DNA from: Vicugna vicugna
Taxonomy: Eukaryota
Direction of reading: 5' to 3'
Length of the DNA stretch: 64,000 nt
Assembly (NCBI GenBank): GCA_013265495.1
Contig: MU057640.1
Coordinates: 248,001-312,000, forward strand
Positions 13,031 through 26,430 of the stretch are shown here, piece by piece. A program made the translations under genes and the position numbers. The notes under the pieces were generated by a model. It saw nothing but the letters and a program-made list of their open reading frames with translations, did no database searches and was not told where the DNA came from. The number at the start of each line of letters is the position of its first letter. Positions within the stretch are counted from its first letter, which is position 1.

Positions 13031-16000
13031 CTAAGAAAAAACATAATGAGTCTTAAAAATACAATTATATATACATTTATATATTCTGTGTCAATTACAT
13101 GCCATACAAATAAGTGCCTCACTCACAGTTCATTTAAGTGGACTAAGGGGGGAAAAATGAGACATTAATGGATGCTTTATTTTCAAAAGCAATGTAGTAT
13201 CAGGTCAGACTATATAAACTTAAGAAACAAAAACACTGCTCTAAAAGCAAAGACTAGTACAACATGCTTTTGCCTTAAGAAATATAAAATTCTGGATAGT
13301 TACTGATTCATTTTCATCTGGTTCAGTATATCCTCAAAACCAGCAACTTTTACAAATACAAATTCACATATAGGTTAACAATGATATTAACGAATCCTTT
13401 AAAGGTAAAAACAAATTCTTTGAAAGTTAAAAAAAAAGTATCAAGTAAGAAATTAACCTGGAAACCTCGGAAGACTCTTGTTATTGTTGGTTACTTAATA
13501 AAAGCAAAAACCATGAAAAAATAAGAGTAATCTCAGTCACTATTATAGGGCTATCTACTGTTGACATTTTAGTGGAATCTGCATTTTTGTTTTCAACTAC
13601 ATTGTTTACTTATCAAATAGCTATATATTGAGAGTCCCTGTGTACATAAGTAATAAAGAAATCTTACCGTTTTACAACTAAGAAAAAGGTGGTAATGAGG
13701 GCAAAATCAGTGAAAGATTAGTCTACTTTTCTAATACAAATTTTAAAACACTTAACTATATCAAGAAGTTCTGAAATTACATTTCCGTTTAAATCTAACA
13801 TTAAGATAATTCTCCATCTAAGACTATAGTAAATTCTTAAACATATAACACTATCCATTTATTTTCCAATAGAACTTATTTAAAATAACTTCACTGTTTT
13901 TAACATAAGATTTTTAAAAGATAAAATTAAGATTCCTATCAATAAGCCTACAGAAGATTGCACAAGATAGAAAAAAAAAAAGACTGCAAATCAAAACTTG
14001 GGTTCATTCCTTGGTTCTATCACTTATTTATGCAATCTTGGGCAAGCTCTTTAACCTCAGCTTCAGTTTCCTCAATTCTAGTATGGTAATTATTTCCTCA
14101 GAGGTCCTGTGAGATTAACAGAGATCATTTATGTGGAGCACTTAAATCAGTGGACACTCAAAACTATCATCAACTTGTATCTAAAATTTCCACTTTATAC
14201 TCTGCAAAACAAAACACAAATATTCCATTTACCAACTATAATCTATGTGACGCCCCTTCCATAGATATATTTTCTATTTCACAAAACATTCAGAAAAAGA
14301 CATATTAGAAAAAAAATTTTTCCTTTGTAACAGTTACTAAACATTTAATAGTATGTTTCCCACCTCAACTTACTAATTTCATGCAATGTAGAATTCACAT
14401 TGAGAAATATATTGCTGCTCATTACAAAGATCTACACATGCTAAAGTGAAAAAAAAAAGCAAAGTGCACAAAGTGTATATACTAGCTGAGGTTTCAAAAA
14501 ACAAGCAGGCCGTTTAAGTAAACATAAGCAAATACACTGGGATACACATAGCATCTCTGGAGAGCTACACACAAGAAACTGCTAAGAAAGGCTGTCTTTA
14601 CAGAAGGGAACTCTCAGGAACTGTGACGGGGACGCCTTTTTTCTATATGCATGCATTACTTTTTAAGGAAAAAGTATGGGCTTTCAAATTTATTTTCTAA
14701 TTTAATATATATGATTGCCACATACATTATTTTATTTAGAGTTCAATTAATTGCACTAACAGGTAACACAAAGTTATACACGAAGATGGGTACTGTGGTC
14801 TTGAATTATTATAATAGTTTAGCATATATTTCAGTTACCTTTTCAATTACTGATGCTGCCCACAGAATGCAGGCAGTAAATGAGCTGCAACTAAAGTCCA
14901 ATTTATCACCCAAGCATGCTTCCCTGAACAGAAATGATTCTGTACGCTGTTGCAAATGGAATAAGAATTGTTTACTAGCATTACCACTCTGTGAACAAAT
15001 GCCCACACTATTATGGCACTGACGAATCAGACGAAGAAATACTGAAAATCTGGCTTTGGGGTCTGTCTGTTGATCCATCTTAAAAGATATGTTGGGAGTA
15101 GTAGCCTTAAGAGAAATATGCCCATTTATCTACTCCTTCCATTTATAATTTGATATAGTGTTCATCAGAAAATGTCACATTTAATATTTTTTTTAATTCA
15201 AAAACAATTAAAATATTTTCTATAAAATCAATCCACTGGTAAGGAAATTAAGGTATTGATTTTTTATTGTCACCTTTCCTGATTCTAAACAAGTGATTAA
15301 GCTTCATTCCCAACCCTTTAAATTTCTTCACAAATAGAAAATAAACTATTCTTCCCTATAACTCTGTAACACAAGGACTTTACTAGAAAGTATCATGGTC
15401 ATTAGTAGATAGTATCAAAAAAACAGATCTTATTAGGAGACTATAAACTTATAAATAAAAATCAGGGTATGGACTCCTTCAAAAATTGATGCCCAAATGA
15501 CAGTGGCTTAGGACATTATCCTCCTTAAGTAAGTAATCTGTTTGATGGTTGACAACTAACTTCATTCAGTTTTCTGTTAAGAATATTTTCTCAATCCTTT
15601 TCAGCAGAAATCTCTTTATAGTCCATTATAGAGCAATTAAGTTACTGACAAATTCAATGATTGGCACGTGGGATAATAAAAGGATAGTATTTAAACATTC
15701 ACACTACATTCCTGGTAGCAAGGGGTAACAAACACACAAGGAACAACTTAAAACAGCCTGCTAAAACCATGTCTTAAAAACTTGTACCAATATTGCATTC
15801 TACCCCCCAAAATATATATGCATTAAGTAGTTGTTCTGATTTTTTAAATTATGATTTACTCTCAAATCCTTGAAGTTTTAAATGATATGCCAGAAAAACT
15901 GCCATGTTTCTCTTGTGGATTTTAACACTTACTCCAACACTGTTATGTACCTGGCCTAGGAGTAGGAGACCCCCAAAGATGAGTCTCTATGATGTACATG

Positions 16001-17054
16001 TTATGAATTAACAACCCATCATATAAGCCAACTGCAATGTACTTCGATTTTGCAGAAGTCAAGCTCTTTAGTAAAACAGTGTAATTTCGAAAAGATAATC
16101 CAATGGTTAAAGCCAGGTCCCTGATGTAAAGTTTTCCTCAAAAAGAAGTACTTCTGGATGATTTACAAGATCATTTGTTGATTTCACCCTGGATTACATG
16201 GATTCTTTATTAAAAGAAAATACTTCTAACATGCAAATTAAGGAGAATTCAAAGATACTATCTTTCAGAAGGAAAGCTGATTTTGTATGAAATGTTTTCA
16301 ACCACATTAAAATATTAAAATATTTTAAACCTATAAACCAGAGGAAAACTCCTTCTCTTAAGCTAAGCAATATTAATTATGAACCTCAAGATAATGGTTC
16401 TCAAATGTGGGTTCTCTTAACTGTGCTTAAATAGATGCCTAGGAATCACCTGTGAACTTGTTAAAAATAGAGATTCCTGGACCCCAATTTCTGAGCATTT
16501 GTTTCAGCAGGGAGGGGTGCAGCCTGAATTTTTTTTAACTTCATAGAACTTTGGAAGAAGCTTGTAAATAGTGATCTGGAAAGCTCTCCAAGATATATCG
16601 TCAAGTATTAAAAAAAAACAAGAGGCAGAACAGTACATATGTTACTACGTATCTGTTAAAAAAAATGGATAGAGTATATACTTATAGTGGCTTACAATAT
16701 GCAAAAAAAAATCTAGAAGGATAAATAACTCTGTTCTATCTTCCTCTTTCAGTAAGGGGACTGTAACAAGTTATATGGAATGTCAGAGATATTCTTTACT
16801 GTGTATCTTTAGGATTTTTGAAGGGTATAAATGTATTACCTATATTTTAAACAAAGATATTTTTTGTAATTTCCCAGATGTTTCTGACACTCAGCCAGAC
16901 ACTAAAACTACCACCATAAGAAAAGGAGACACCACATTTCCAGAACGCTAACAGACATCTTTACTACCAACAGTTACAAACATATCATTTTCCTGAAGTT
17001 AATATTGCAATGACACAGGGATGGGTTAGAAAAAAACAGTATCCACAAACTTAC

Positions 17055-17160
17055 CTGGAGGTACAGGTGGTGGAAAGCCAGGAAACTGTGGGGGTGGGAT
17101 CCCTGGTGGGAGTGCTGGGATTCCCATGGGAGGGCGATTCAAATGAGGTGGGAAAGACAT
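17055..17160 (-). CDS. RBM25: RBM25 first coding segment in exon 2 (exon 17055-17175; MSFPPHLNRPPMGIPALPPGIPPPQFPGFPPPVPP)
   Basis: ATG at 17160, acceptor tttag|ACC at 17175, donor CAG|gtaagt. Proline-rich RBM25 N-terminus. Confidence 0.96.
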
Positions 17161-20100
17161 TCTTACTGCAGCGGTCTAAAGAAAGAAATCATGATAAATC
17201 ATGTTATTTGAAAACTTTACAATTCGATATGCCTGGTGTGTTGGCCTTCATTTTTAGAGTATCTGCAAAATTCTAAAGTTTTCTTACCCAAAGGAGTTGG
17301 CAAAGACCCTCTTTTCTCTGTCTGTCCATTGAGAATTTTTAAAACTTAGATCTTTTCTAAAATAAGTTCCCAAAAGTACACGATCTAAGTTCAGGATAGA
17401 CTCCTATAATCATATGGGAATACATATAAAGGAAGAAAAAAATGTTGAGGTTCAGTTAATATCCAAAAATTAAAAACCAAACATCAATGAATCTTTTTAA
17501 ATGAAACTCAGAATCCAGGAAGGTATCTAACAACTTTTTTTTCCCCTGAAGTGTTCTGATGCACTCATTTTTTTTTTTTACATATCAGCACCCTGAAAAC
17601 TAAATTTACAAAGTTACATGGTATTTGTTGATTCAGTGTTGGCCAGTTCTTCAAGGACAAATGAATGTCTCAGTGAGTCTACAAACTCGGGGGGGTGGGG
17701 GGGAGCGCCAGGGCGGGACCTCCTGACATCAGGTCACATAGTTACCACTCAAATATAAAGACAACATACAACTTATGACAATGAGACAAAAGTCGTAATT
17801 TTTCTTAAACTTAAAAGTAAACCTCTTAACCATTCTTGAATGATATTCAATAAACCAAAGAATAAAATTCAAGAATCAGATGCAAGCATTTAATTTTTAA
17901 AATACACAAAAACACACTTGTATTCATTTGGTTTACGCTATTACTCACAAGAAACTTTTGCCTTTTAGCTAAATGAATAGAAATATTTTAAGAGTCCGCC
18001 CCCTCCTCAAATTTTACATTTTTGTCACCATACTTGTATCCAGAACTACTGGAAAAAGTAGAAAAATGATATTAGAATGTTGTAGGAGAATTCCATGCAC
18101 TAATTTAAAAAAAGCAGTCAAAACAAGTGGGTTGATCTCATATGAGTGATACTGTTAAAAGTAGTGATGTGATTAACAGGAGGTATTTCTATTGGACACC
18201 AGGAAAAATTCCCCATCTACACTACAACTGAAGGAGTCCAGAGTTGTTAGAAGCTTTTAAAAAAGTTTGTCTCTACTATCTTCTTTTCTGTTTTATATAT
18301 TGTTTTACTCACCCTTCAGATGAGAGAGGATAAAAAGTGCATGTCTTCCACTTCCTTGCCCCCTAATCCCAAGTTTGGTATATATCGTTGTATTCTTCTA
18401 AATATCTTTCTATACACAAGCTAATATACAATCACTTGTGATTTTCTGCAAACAATATAATCATACTATATTGTTATGTGCATTGCTCCTTCATTATCAT
18501 TAACATCTCTTCATGTCAGTTCATAAAGTTCTATTTCATTATTTATAATGCAGTAAACTATTACTATATAGATATAATACAACTATTTAACTGAGGGCTA
18601 ACTCCATATTTTACCTCTTACAAACAATGTTAAACATTATTGGGCATATTGGTCTTATAACTCTGAGTACTTGTGCAAATAATTCTATAATACAGGTTAG
18701 TACTATGTGTATCCACACTTTACCACTAAATCATCCTCCAAAACTAGTGTACAAATTAATAATAGCACCACCAATGTATGGGTGTGCCCTTTCCTCATAT
18801 CCTTACCATCACTGGAGTAAGTCAGTGTTTAAATTATAACAATATGATAGGTAAAAAGTTGTTTCAACTTGCATTTCCCTAACCGATGAGGCTGAGTATC
18901 TTTTTACCTGCTTATTAGACATTCCTGTAAAAACTATGTCCTTCATCCTCACAGCTATTCTTCCTGAGTGTTCTTTTTACTTAGCAAGTTAGGATGAGTA
19001 CAGTATTCTATATAATCTAAACTTCAATTTCAAAAAACAACACTACACTTGAAATGTTTAGAAAGCTTTACAGGTAAGATAAATTCATAAGTTCATATAC
19101 TTAGTGATTAAGGTACTGGAAATGCCTTAAAATACTAAGCAGGTACCATTCATAAATTAAAAAGAAAAATGCAACTAATTTAAGATTGTAAATGCATTGA
19201 AATTTTTAATAATCCTTTTTAAATACTTGTTTGCCCCAAAACAAAACAAATATTCTCAATGGAAGGGGACAGAGTGTATATCCTTTTAAAACAGAGAGGG
19301 CTACTGTCCTACTTACAGAAGCTCCTGAATTATCTTTACAATGCTCTACCTCAGCACTTTCTTAGGAGGGCAGTTGGTATTAATACCTGTTGAATAAACA
19401 ATCAATGAATAAATCAGTAAACAAATAAACTCTGAGAACCTCTTTAAATAAATTCATTGAGAAGAAGCTACCATGTGACAGGTACTCCTAGCCTCACAAT
19501 GGTTATAAAGACTGGGTATGAATTCATCTCTAGAATCACTTTTTCTCAAGTATTAAATATAAATACTACAATAAAAAAAACCCTCTATGTTCCTGGTGTT
19601 TAAAATATTTTTCATGGTTTTCAAGTGTATCATTTGAAAGAGTTAACCAGATTATGCTTTGGTTCATGCTAATATAACCATTTTGTTCACTTCTCATTTT
19701 TCTACAAACTATTTCCTTTTAATCTAGAACTGTTCAGAAATTGCTTATGCATCGGCTGAACTTCAAAGGTGAAGGTAATCTTAATAAGATAACAGCCCCT
19801 CCTACGGGAATTCAGAAAACAAACATTTCTGGTGATCTCTGATATACATATTAATGTTCACTTTAAACATCCTAAAATGAGAGTTTCAATCACTTACTTC
19901 AACATAAAGTTTTGTATGTTTTGACATATGGAAAAAGGAGAATAAACTTTTATAATCATAAGTAAAACTTATCATTTTACCTATGGTTGATAATTGTAAT
20001 ACTCTCTTACAATAAATTATATAGGTTATCAAAGTGGGCAGATACTTTGTAGAACGAAGTAGGGAAGACAGCTAGGGAGTATTTTATTTTGAACATGGTG

Positions 20101-21598
20101 GTGATCACCAAGAAGGTAACATTTGAACAAAGACTTGAAAGAGACTGAGGCAGGAAACCCTATTCACACCTGGGGGCAACAGCCTTTCAAGTAAAGGAAA
20201 CAGCATATATAAAGAGCCCGAGGTGGGTACGGAGTGTCTGCAGAAGGACCGACAAGGCTGAAAGCTGGAACATGGTACTGGAGGCAAGTAGGGAGACAGA
20301 TGCCAAGAATTACCTGGGGAAAGGGTTCAAAGACTGTAGGCCACTGTAACAGAGGTTTTGGTTTTTACTCTGAATGAGATGGAAAACATTTCAAAGGTTT
20401 TTGACCTGACTTATATTTTAACAGTGTCACTGGCCACTATGTTAAAATTAAGACTGGAAATGAAAAAGAGCAGAAAATAAGAGATTATTACAATAATCAG
20501 ACAAAAGAGGGCTAGCCTAGAACAGGAAGTAGTGAAAATGGTAACAAGTTATTGGTTTCTGGATATACTTTGAATGCAGCCAATTGCTGAAGGATTATGT
20601 GTGGGATTTAAGAAGAGTTGTAGAGGTTATTTTATTAGCACTGAAATGATTGAAACAGCATTTTAAGACTATCTGAATAGTACCACTTCACTTTTAGAAG
20701 GTTCAAAGCATTTTTACCTGCTCAGCATGAAACAACAAGCAGCTATGCTGGAAGTGCTCCCTACCTCTAGTGTGGCAGTGGTCATATAGGTTTATGCACT
20801 AGTCATAATTCACTAAAATTAAAATGGGTGCATTTTACTGCATGTAAATTTTACCTCAATAAATTTCGTCCCTTCAAAAAATAAAAACTTCTAAATAAGA
20901 TTTCTCTCTACCACTGAACATATGCATGCATTCTACTCTTCTCTTTCTCACTTTTTCTCTTTACTATTTTAAACCACTCTTTTTCTGCACTCTGAAAATA
21001 CCATTACTGCTTATAAGCATTCCTCCATTGCAGATGTATCCCGATAGAAACAAAGTATTTCACCGCAGGATAGGTTTACAGGCTAACCCCATCAGGACAC
21101 TGCGTGCTGAAATTCTGAAGTGGTAAGAGGCAAATAACTAACAGATTCTCCTCAGCAAACACTCATATACAACTTATTCATTCAGTCAATAAAACATCTA
21201 GCTCTAATTATGTGCCAGGTTCTTTTCTGAGCATTATTATTAGTTCTAAAAGAGCAAATTTTAAGTTATTATATGTAGTTTTATAGCCAGTCCAGCTAAT
21301 AATAAATGATTAGTGCAGCTTGCACTGTTTCCTGCTCTTATAGCCCACACATAACTGCCGACATAACTGCCCCAGCCTAAGCAAATCTTTCAAAACATTT
21401 CTCAACTGAATTCCCATGGAACTGGAGTATTCAGGAATTATTCCTAGGAAAAAGTGTTCCATGTCCAAAGAATGGGAGATGCCTAACAAAAAGTTTCTTT
21501 TACAGGAAAACTCAAACACTCAAGTGTTTTGAGTCTCTAAGTTGATCTGAGATTTCCACTTTGCTATTTTACCATTTCAATGATTAATAAGCAATACT

Positions 21599-22139
21599 AA
21601 CTATAGAAAAAGATTAGTGGTAGTCTAGAGCTGGGGTGGGAACGGGGAGTGACTTGCAAACAGGAAAAAGGGATCCTTTTGGAGTAATGGTTGCACAATT
21701 CTGCACATCTACTAAAAAATCCCTGAATTGTACATTTACAACAAGTTTATACTTTAATAAAGCTTTATAAAGCAATACTAAAAAAAGCAATACTGATTCA
21801 GGAAAATTTCAGGCAAAATCCAACTCAGACCTGTAGATTACATAATACTATATCAGTATTATTTCCTGATTTTGATCATCGTACTGCTGTTAATTAAGAG
21901 AATGCACTTGTTTTTAGGAAATTTACACCTAAGTATTTAGTGGTTAAGGGACACCACATCTGCAACTTACTGACAAAAAGATTTCAGAAGAAAACTATGG
22001 AGATAAAAAGGAGAGGATACAGCATATTGGTAAAATGTAAACATTCGGGGAATCTCTGTGAAAGATACCTGTGAATTCTTTGTACTATTCTTACAACTTT
22101 TAAAAAGTTTGAAACTACGTCAAAATTAAAAGTGAAAAA
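21599..22139 (+). mobile_element. Two stacked 5'-truncated old L1 3' ends
   Basis: L1M-like 3' UTR motifs, each segment bounded by AAGCAATAC repeats. Confidence 0.6.
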
Positions 22140-23649
22140 AAGCAATACCAATAATTCTAGTTAGTGGGAATATTATGTTCTTTTTATTTTCTCAAGTTTC
22201 AAAATTCAAAAAAAGTAGGAAAAAGCTGTTCAAAACTTTAAAGAATCGATCAAAATCCTCTTATGAATACCAGTGGTAGTATCAGAAAAAAATATAAAGG
22301 GATGATAAAAAATACACAGAATATTTTTGTAAGATGTTAAAAACGTTCAATGATTACTTTTGCATCCACAGTGTAAGAGTCAATATAATTTTTCTCTAAA
22401 GCATGTGTAAATGAAAAAGGTATATAGCTAATTTGCCTGTAGCCAAAAAACTCGAAAATCCCAGGCTTATATTAAGTCTCAAGTAGTTAACGCAATGTTA
22501 AAATAGACTCATTTTTATTTTGAAAATATACTTAGAGCCTTAACACAGTGGAAAAGCAAACCACAAAACAAGTAGTCAAAACTATCATTAACATATGGTG
22601 CCTATATGCAACAGTGGGATAATAAAAACACTCTCTTCTGAAAAGTATTTGGGTACCTTACCAAAAAAAAAGAAAAAGAAAGGGAAAAAAAACCATTTTG
22701 GGAACCCAAAAAGGTAATCTGTTAACCTCAAGAAGATGAATTATTTAATAATAAAAGTATCAGTTAACATCATAATTTACTTCTGTTTACAAAAGCTTTC
22801 AACATACATTATCTCATTTAATCTCCCAAATTATCTGGTGTAGATATATTGTTCTCCTTTAACAGATGAAGCAGCTGACTCGTCCAAAGGAACACAGTAA
22901 GTGAGTAGGGTCTCCAAGGATCCCCTCTGTCCTGAAATTACCAATCCAAAGGCTGTTTTGGCTTATCACAACGCCTGTTTCTAGTAATAACATACCAATG
23001 AGAAACTTACTAAGGATTAACTTCGACTTTATTAAAATCTATTCAGAGTACACAAGAAGAAATTTTAGAGTCACCATTAGGCTCTTATACTTCACTTAAA
23101 ATTCTTAAATAACAAATATTATCAGTTAATATGGACTAAATTACTTGAATGCCTTTTTAGATCTCTGAATGTTTTTGTTAATAACCTTTTAAAAAATTAA
23201 AGCTCCCAAGACAATATAAAATTGTTTATACACTACTGCAACTACCTAATTCATACTATAGCAGTCTGGTGCAAGAGGAGTCCAATCTCCTCCCTCCTTT
23301 GGTTGGCTCCACTCTGCCCAATATCAAAATGGCTTTTCCATGGTAATATAAACCCACATCACATAACCTCAAAATAATCTTCATACTCCTAGAACTCTTT
23401 CAAAAAATGTATTTAAAAAATAGTATTGAAAACCAAAGAAGGATGAGAATGAAGCACCATATTTTAACGTGGAGCTTGCATCCGCTAGAGTCAACAGAGA
23501 CACAGTTTACTATAACCTCCAGTGGAGGAAGGCGGCAGGACCACAACACTCATCACAATCAGACAAACAAACCAACCTGGGGGTGGGGGGGAGTACTAAA
23601 AAAAAAAAAAGTGGGCAGTAGCAAAATTGAACTAGGGGGTGGGGAGGGC

Positions 23650-24510
23650 AGTTCACCCGGTGGCGGGCTTTAGATGACCAAAGAGGAAGGGAAAGAAATC
23701 AGTTGGTGGCCAGCTCCCCCGCTAAAAAGGGTGGGCGCTGGCCGGCTTCTAGGTAAATTCTGGGACAAGTGTATCCTAGGCCCCGAATATCTACCGTAGG
23801 GCTTCCGCAAGCTAGAGTTAGAAAGGGGTCTCCGAGAAGGGCTCCCCAGGAGCGGACCAATCGTTTTGTGGCAAACGTGAAGCCCAGAAGGGCCGAGTCC
23901 ACTCTGGCGGACAGTGAAAAGGAAAGGGAAAGTGGGCGACAATGCAAAGAGGAAGGCTGTGGCAGTAGGTCCGGCCTCCACGGGCTCCTGCTGGGCCCAT
24001 TGGTTTTCGAGGCCTTACCGAAGTGGAGAAACCTAAGCCTCGTGCCACACGCATTCAGAGGCGTGAACTCACCCGCCGCTGAGGAAACGGTACTGTCTTC
24101 GCGGTCTTCCGGGCTCCAGGTTACGAGTGGGCTCCACCAGTTCGAGGTTTCTGCGCGCCGCTCGCCGGGAGACTGGTTTCAAAGGGCCTACTCACACAGG
24201 CCGCAAATGCCGCCGCGCTGTGCGGGGAGCTTATGGAGGTCTTCCTATTGCCCGGCGTGCACTGCGGCCGGGGGCGTGGAGAGGAGGATCATAGAGAAGA
24301 GCATATATAGATAGTCTTCACTGTTGGCTAGGAATCACCACGCAGTGGCGAATAACCATAGAGAAGGACCGCCTAGTCGGGGCTAGAAAGGCTCGATCTG
24401 TAAATTACAACCCACTCTGCCATTTTTGATTGGAGCTGATTGGATCTTATAATTACGCGACGCCATCTTGAGGTCAAGGTTCCGGCTGGGCACGGCGCGA
24501 GGGCTGTTAG
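23650..24510. promoter_or_regulatory. CpG island / RBM25 promoter with two CCAAT boxes (gattgg 24428-24433, 24438-24443) and a YY1-like CGCCATCTT (24461-24469)
   Basis: Sharp rise in GC and CpG against an AT-rich background; motifs read directly. Confidence 0.8.
24073..24263 (-). other. RBM25: RBM25 non-coding exon 1 (5' end approximate)
   Basis: Lies in the CpG island. Donor CGG|gtgagt at 24073/24072. Resembles the mammalian RBM25 5' UTR as recalled. No minus-strand ATG inside. Confidence 0.75.
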
Positions 24511-24652
24511 AGGACTTCCCACTTTTTGTAGTTTGTGTTTCTGGGATTAGAACCTTCTTCTGTGGGTCATTGAGGTTCGATGGGCTGATAACAGGGCTTC
24601 ACCGGGGACCTCAGTAGAAACCCCAAGTACTAATCTTCCCTGAAAAACAACT

Positions 24653-24733
24653 ATTTTTTAAAATTGAAGTATATAGTCAGTTTACAATTTTGTGTCAATT
24701 TCGGGTGTGCAACCTAATGTTTCAAGTCATTCT
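24653..24733 (-). mobile_element. Extremely 5'-truncated L1 3' tail just upstream of the RBM25 promoter
   Basis: T-run + ttgaagtatatagt..tttacaat resembles the L1 end at 36385; flanked by aaaacaacta repeats. Confidence 0.6.
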
Positions 24734-26349
24734 AGAAAACAACTACTCTTGTTACCAAGGAATAACTGGCAAAGTCTGTGCTGGTTTTTAAGAAAGTACA
24801 ATCACACAGCTTAAACGCGCAGGTAGGACCAAAGAAGCAGTTAAAAGAAGTTTGAAATTCCTAAAATGGCCTGTAAAAATATTTAACAACTTTCATTCTG
24901 TAATGTTAACGTCATAAAAAGAACTTCACTTACTAGATTAATGGAAATAAGCTAATCACCAATGAGTAGATCATTCAATTTGCGGACTGGTCAATTCCTA
25001 GTTAGAGGCATTTGTTTTCCAACTGCTTGCTTCTAAGAAAGCTTATAATTTATTCAATATAAAGTTATTGTCTTCCTGAGTTCCCGGTGCTGGGTATTTG
25101 AAAGTAAATAGGAGTGAGATGTTACTCTTGTTCGGCAGAGCTGCAAACGACGCAGAATAGATGACAAACTGCTAGATATAAAATTGAACATACCTACGCA
25201 CTCCCTATCTGCTTTTCCTGTTTAATTTTACTCTATAACACTTATCACCACTCTACTATATGTTTTTCTTACTTATTTTATGGTTTGTCTGCCTGTACAC
25301 CGCTAGCCCGTAAACTTAGAAGAGTGCGTGTATTGTCCGTTTGGTTCACTGCTGTATATCCCCAGTGCTTATAACAATGCCTGATATATAGAAAGTTCTC
25401 AGTAAATAAATGTTGAGTGAAAGATGATTATATATAGGTACCAACAGAACATAAAATGTAGTGGAAGACTAATAGGGGGAAGGCTGTAACAGTACCACCA
25501 TTTGTAAAATTTATATCCATCTGTTTCTGCTTGCTAGGTTTATTACCTTTAAGAAGGGCAAATGATAACTACTCCCCAGAGCTATTGCAAGGATTAAATT
25601 AACTAATACACGTGAAAAGACTTTTTTAGTGAAGTGCTAGTCAAATGCCAGTTACATTTTGCAAATAAAAAAAGTTTGTTCCTTGTTTTTTTAGAGCCAC
25701 AAGCATAAACAGAAATCCCCTCGGGGTACTTTGTATCCCTGTATATTGGCTACAACATTGTACACAAATTTATGTATTACTTGTGTAATAAAATAAAATC
25801 TTAAAGAGAGGGACGATGTCTCAAGCAATAGTTTGCTAACTTTCCTGTAGTAGACATTTGTTGTTTATGCTGACCTACCCTCCATTCTCCTGACTTTGGT
25901 AAAGGCACTCCAAATTTCTTAAAAGAAACCATCCTTCCATTATTCCAGATCTTTGTAATTTGGATAGAAAATCCTAACCCTTGTCAGAACCATTAATACA
26001 CAGGGACAGACTTATAACCCAATCAGAGATGGTAATTTAGCCCTTACATTGTATCAGGCACTATTTCAAGCATCTTGCAAGTATCAACAACATTAAATCT
26101 CACAGCAACCCAGGGAAGTAGGATCTAATGTGATAAAGACAAAGGAACTAAAGCTTGAAGAAGTTAAATAACTTGCCCAAGTTTGTAGGAATAGTAACTG
26201 ATGGAGGTAATATAGTTCCTGAGTCCATGCTCTCAACCATTACAGTACCCATGTGGATAAGGATGAAACCAGCACAGAGGAAAGCAGAGCTAAGAGAAGA
26301 TGAGAATTTTTGACACTATCATTTGAGAACATGGATCCAGCCATTCTTT

Positions 26350-26430
26350 TTGTTTTTCAGGGGGAGATAATTAGGATTATTTGTTTATTTTAGTGGGAAC
26401 TACACTCTGCCATTGAGCTCTTCCTCTCCC
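26350..26430 (-). mobile_element. Internally deleted vic-1-like SINE
   Basis: Head and tail present, middle absent. Flanked by near-identical GGATYCAGCCATTCTTT (26333-26349 / 26432-26448). Confidence 0.7.

Noticed and set aside
14809..15078. 89-aa ATG ORF as an independent small gene
   Set aside because: The ATG coincides with a splice acceptor, so it is better explained as a candidate cassette exon read in another frame.
15949..16101. Second possible cassette exon in RBM25 intron 2 (acceptor ctttacatcag)
   Set aside because: Only weak gtacat donors; cannot be supported without conservation or read data.
23769..24314. 181-aa ORF in the RBM25 CpG island
   Set aside because: GTG start, stop-poor GC-rich DNA and no recognisable protein.
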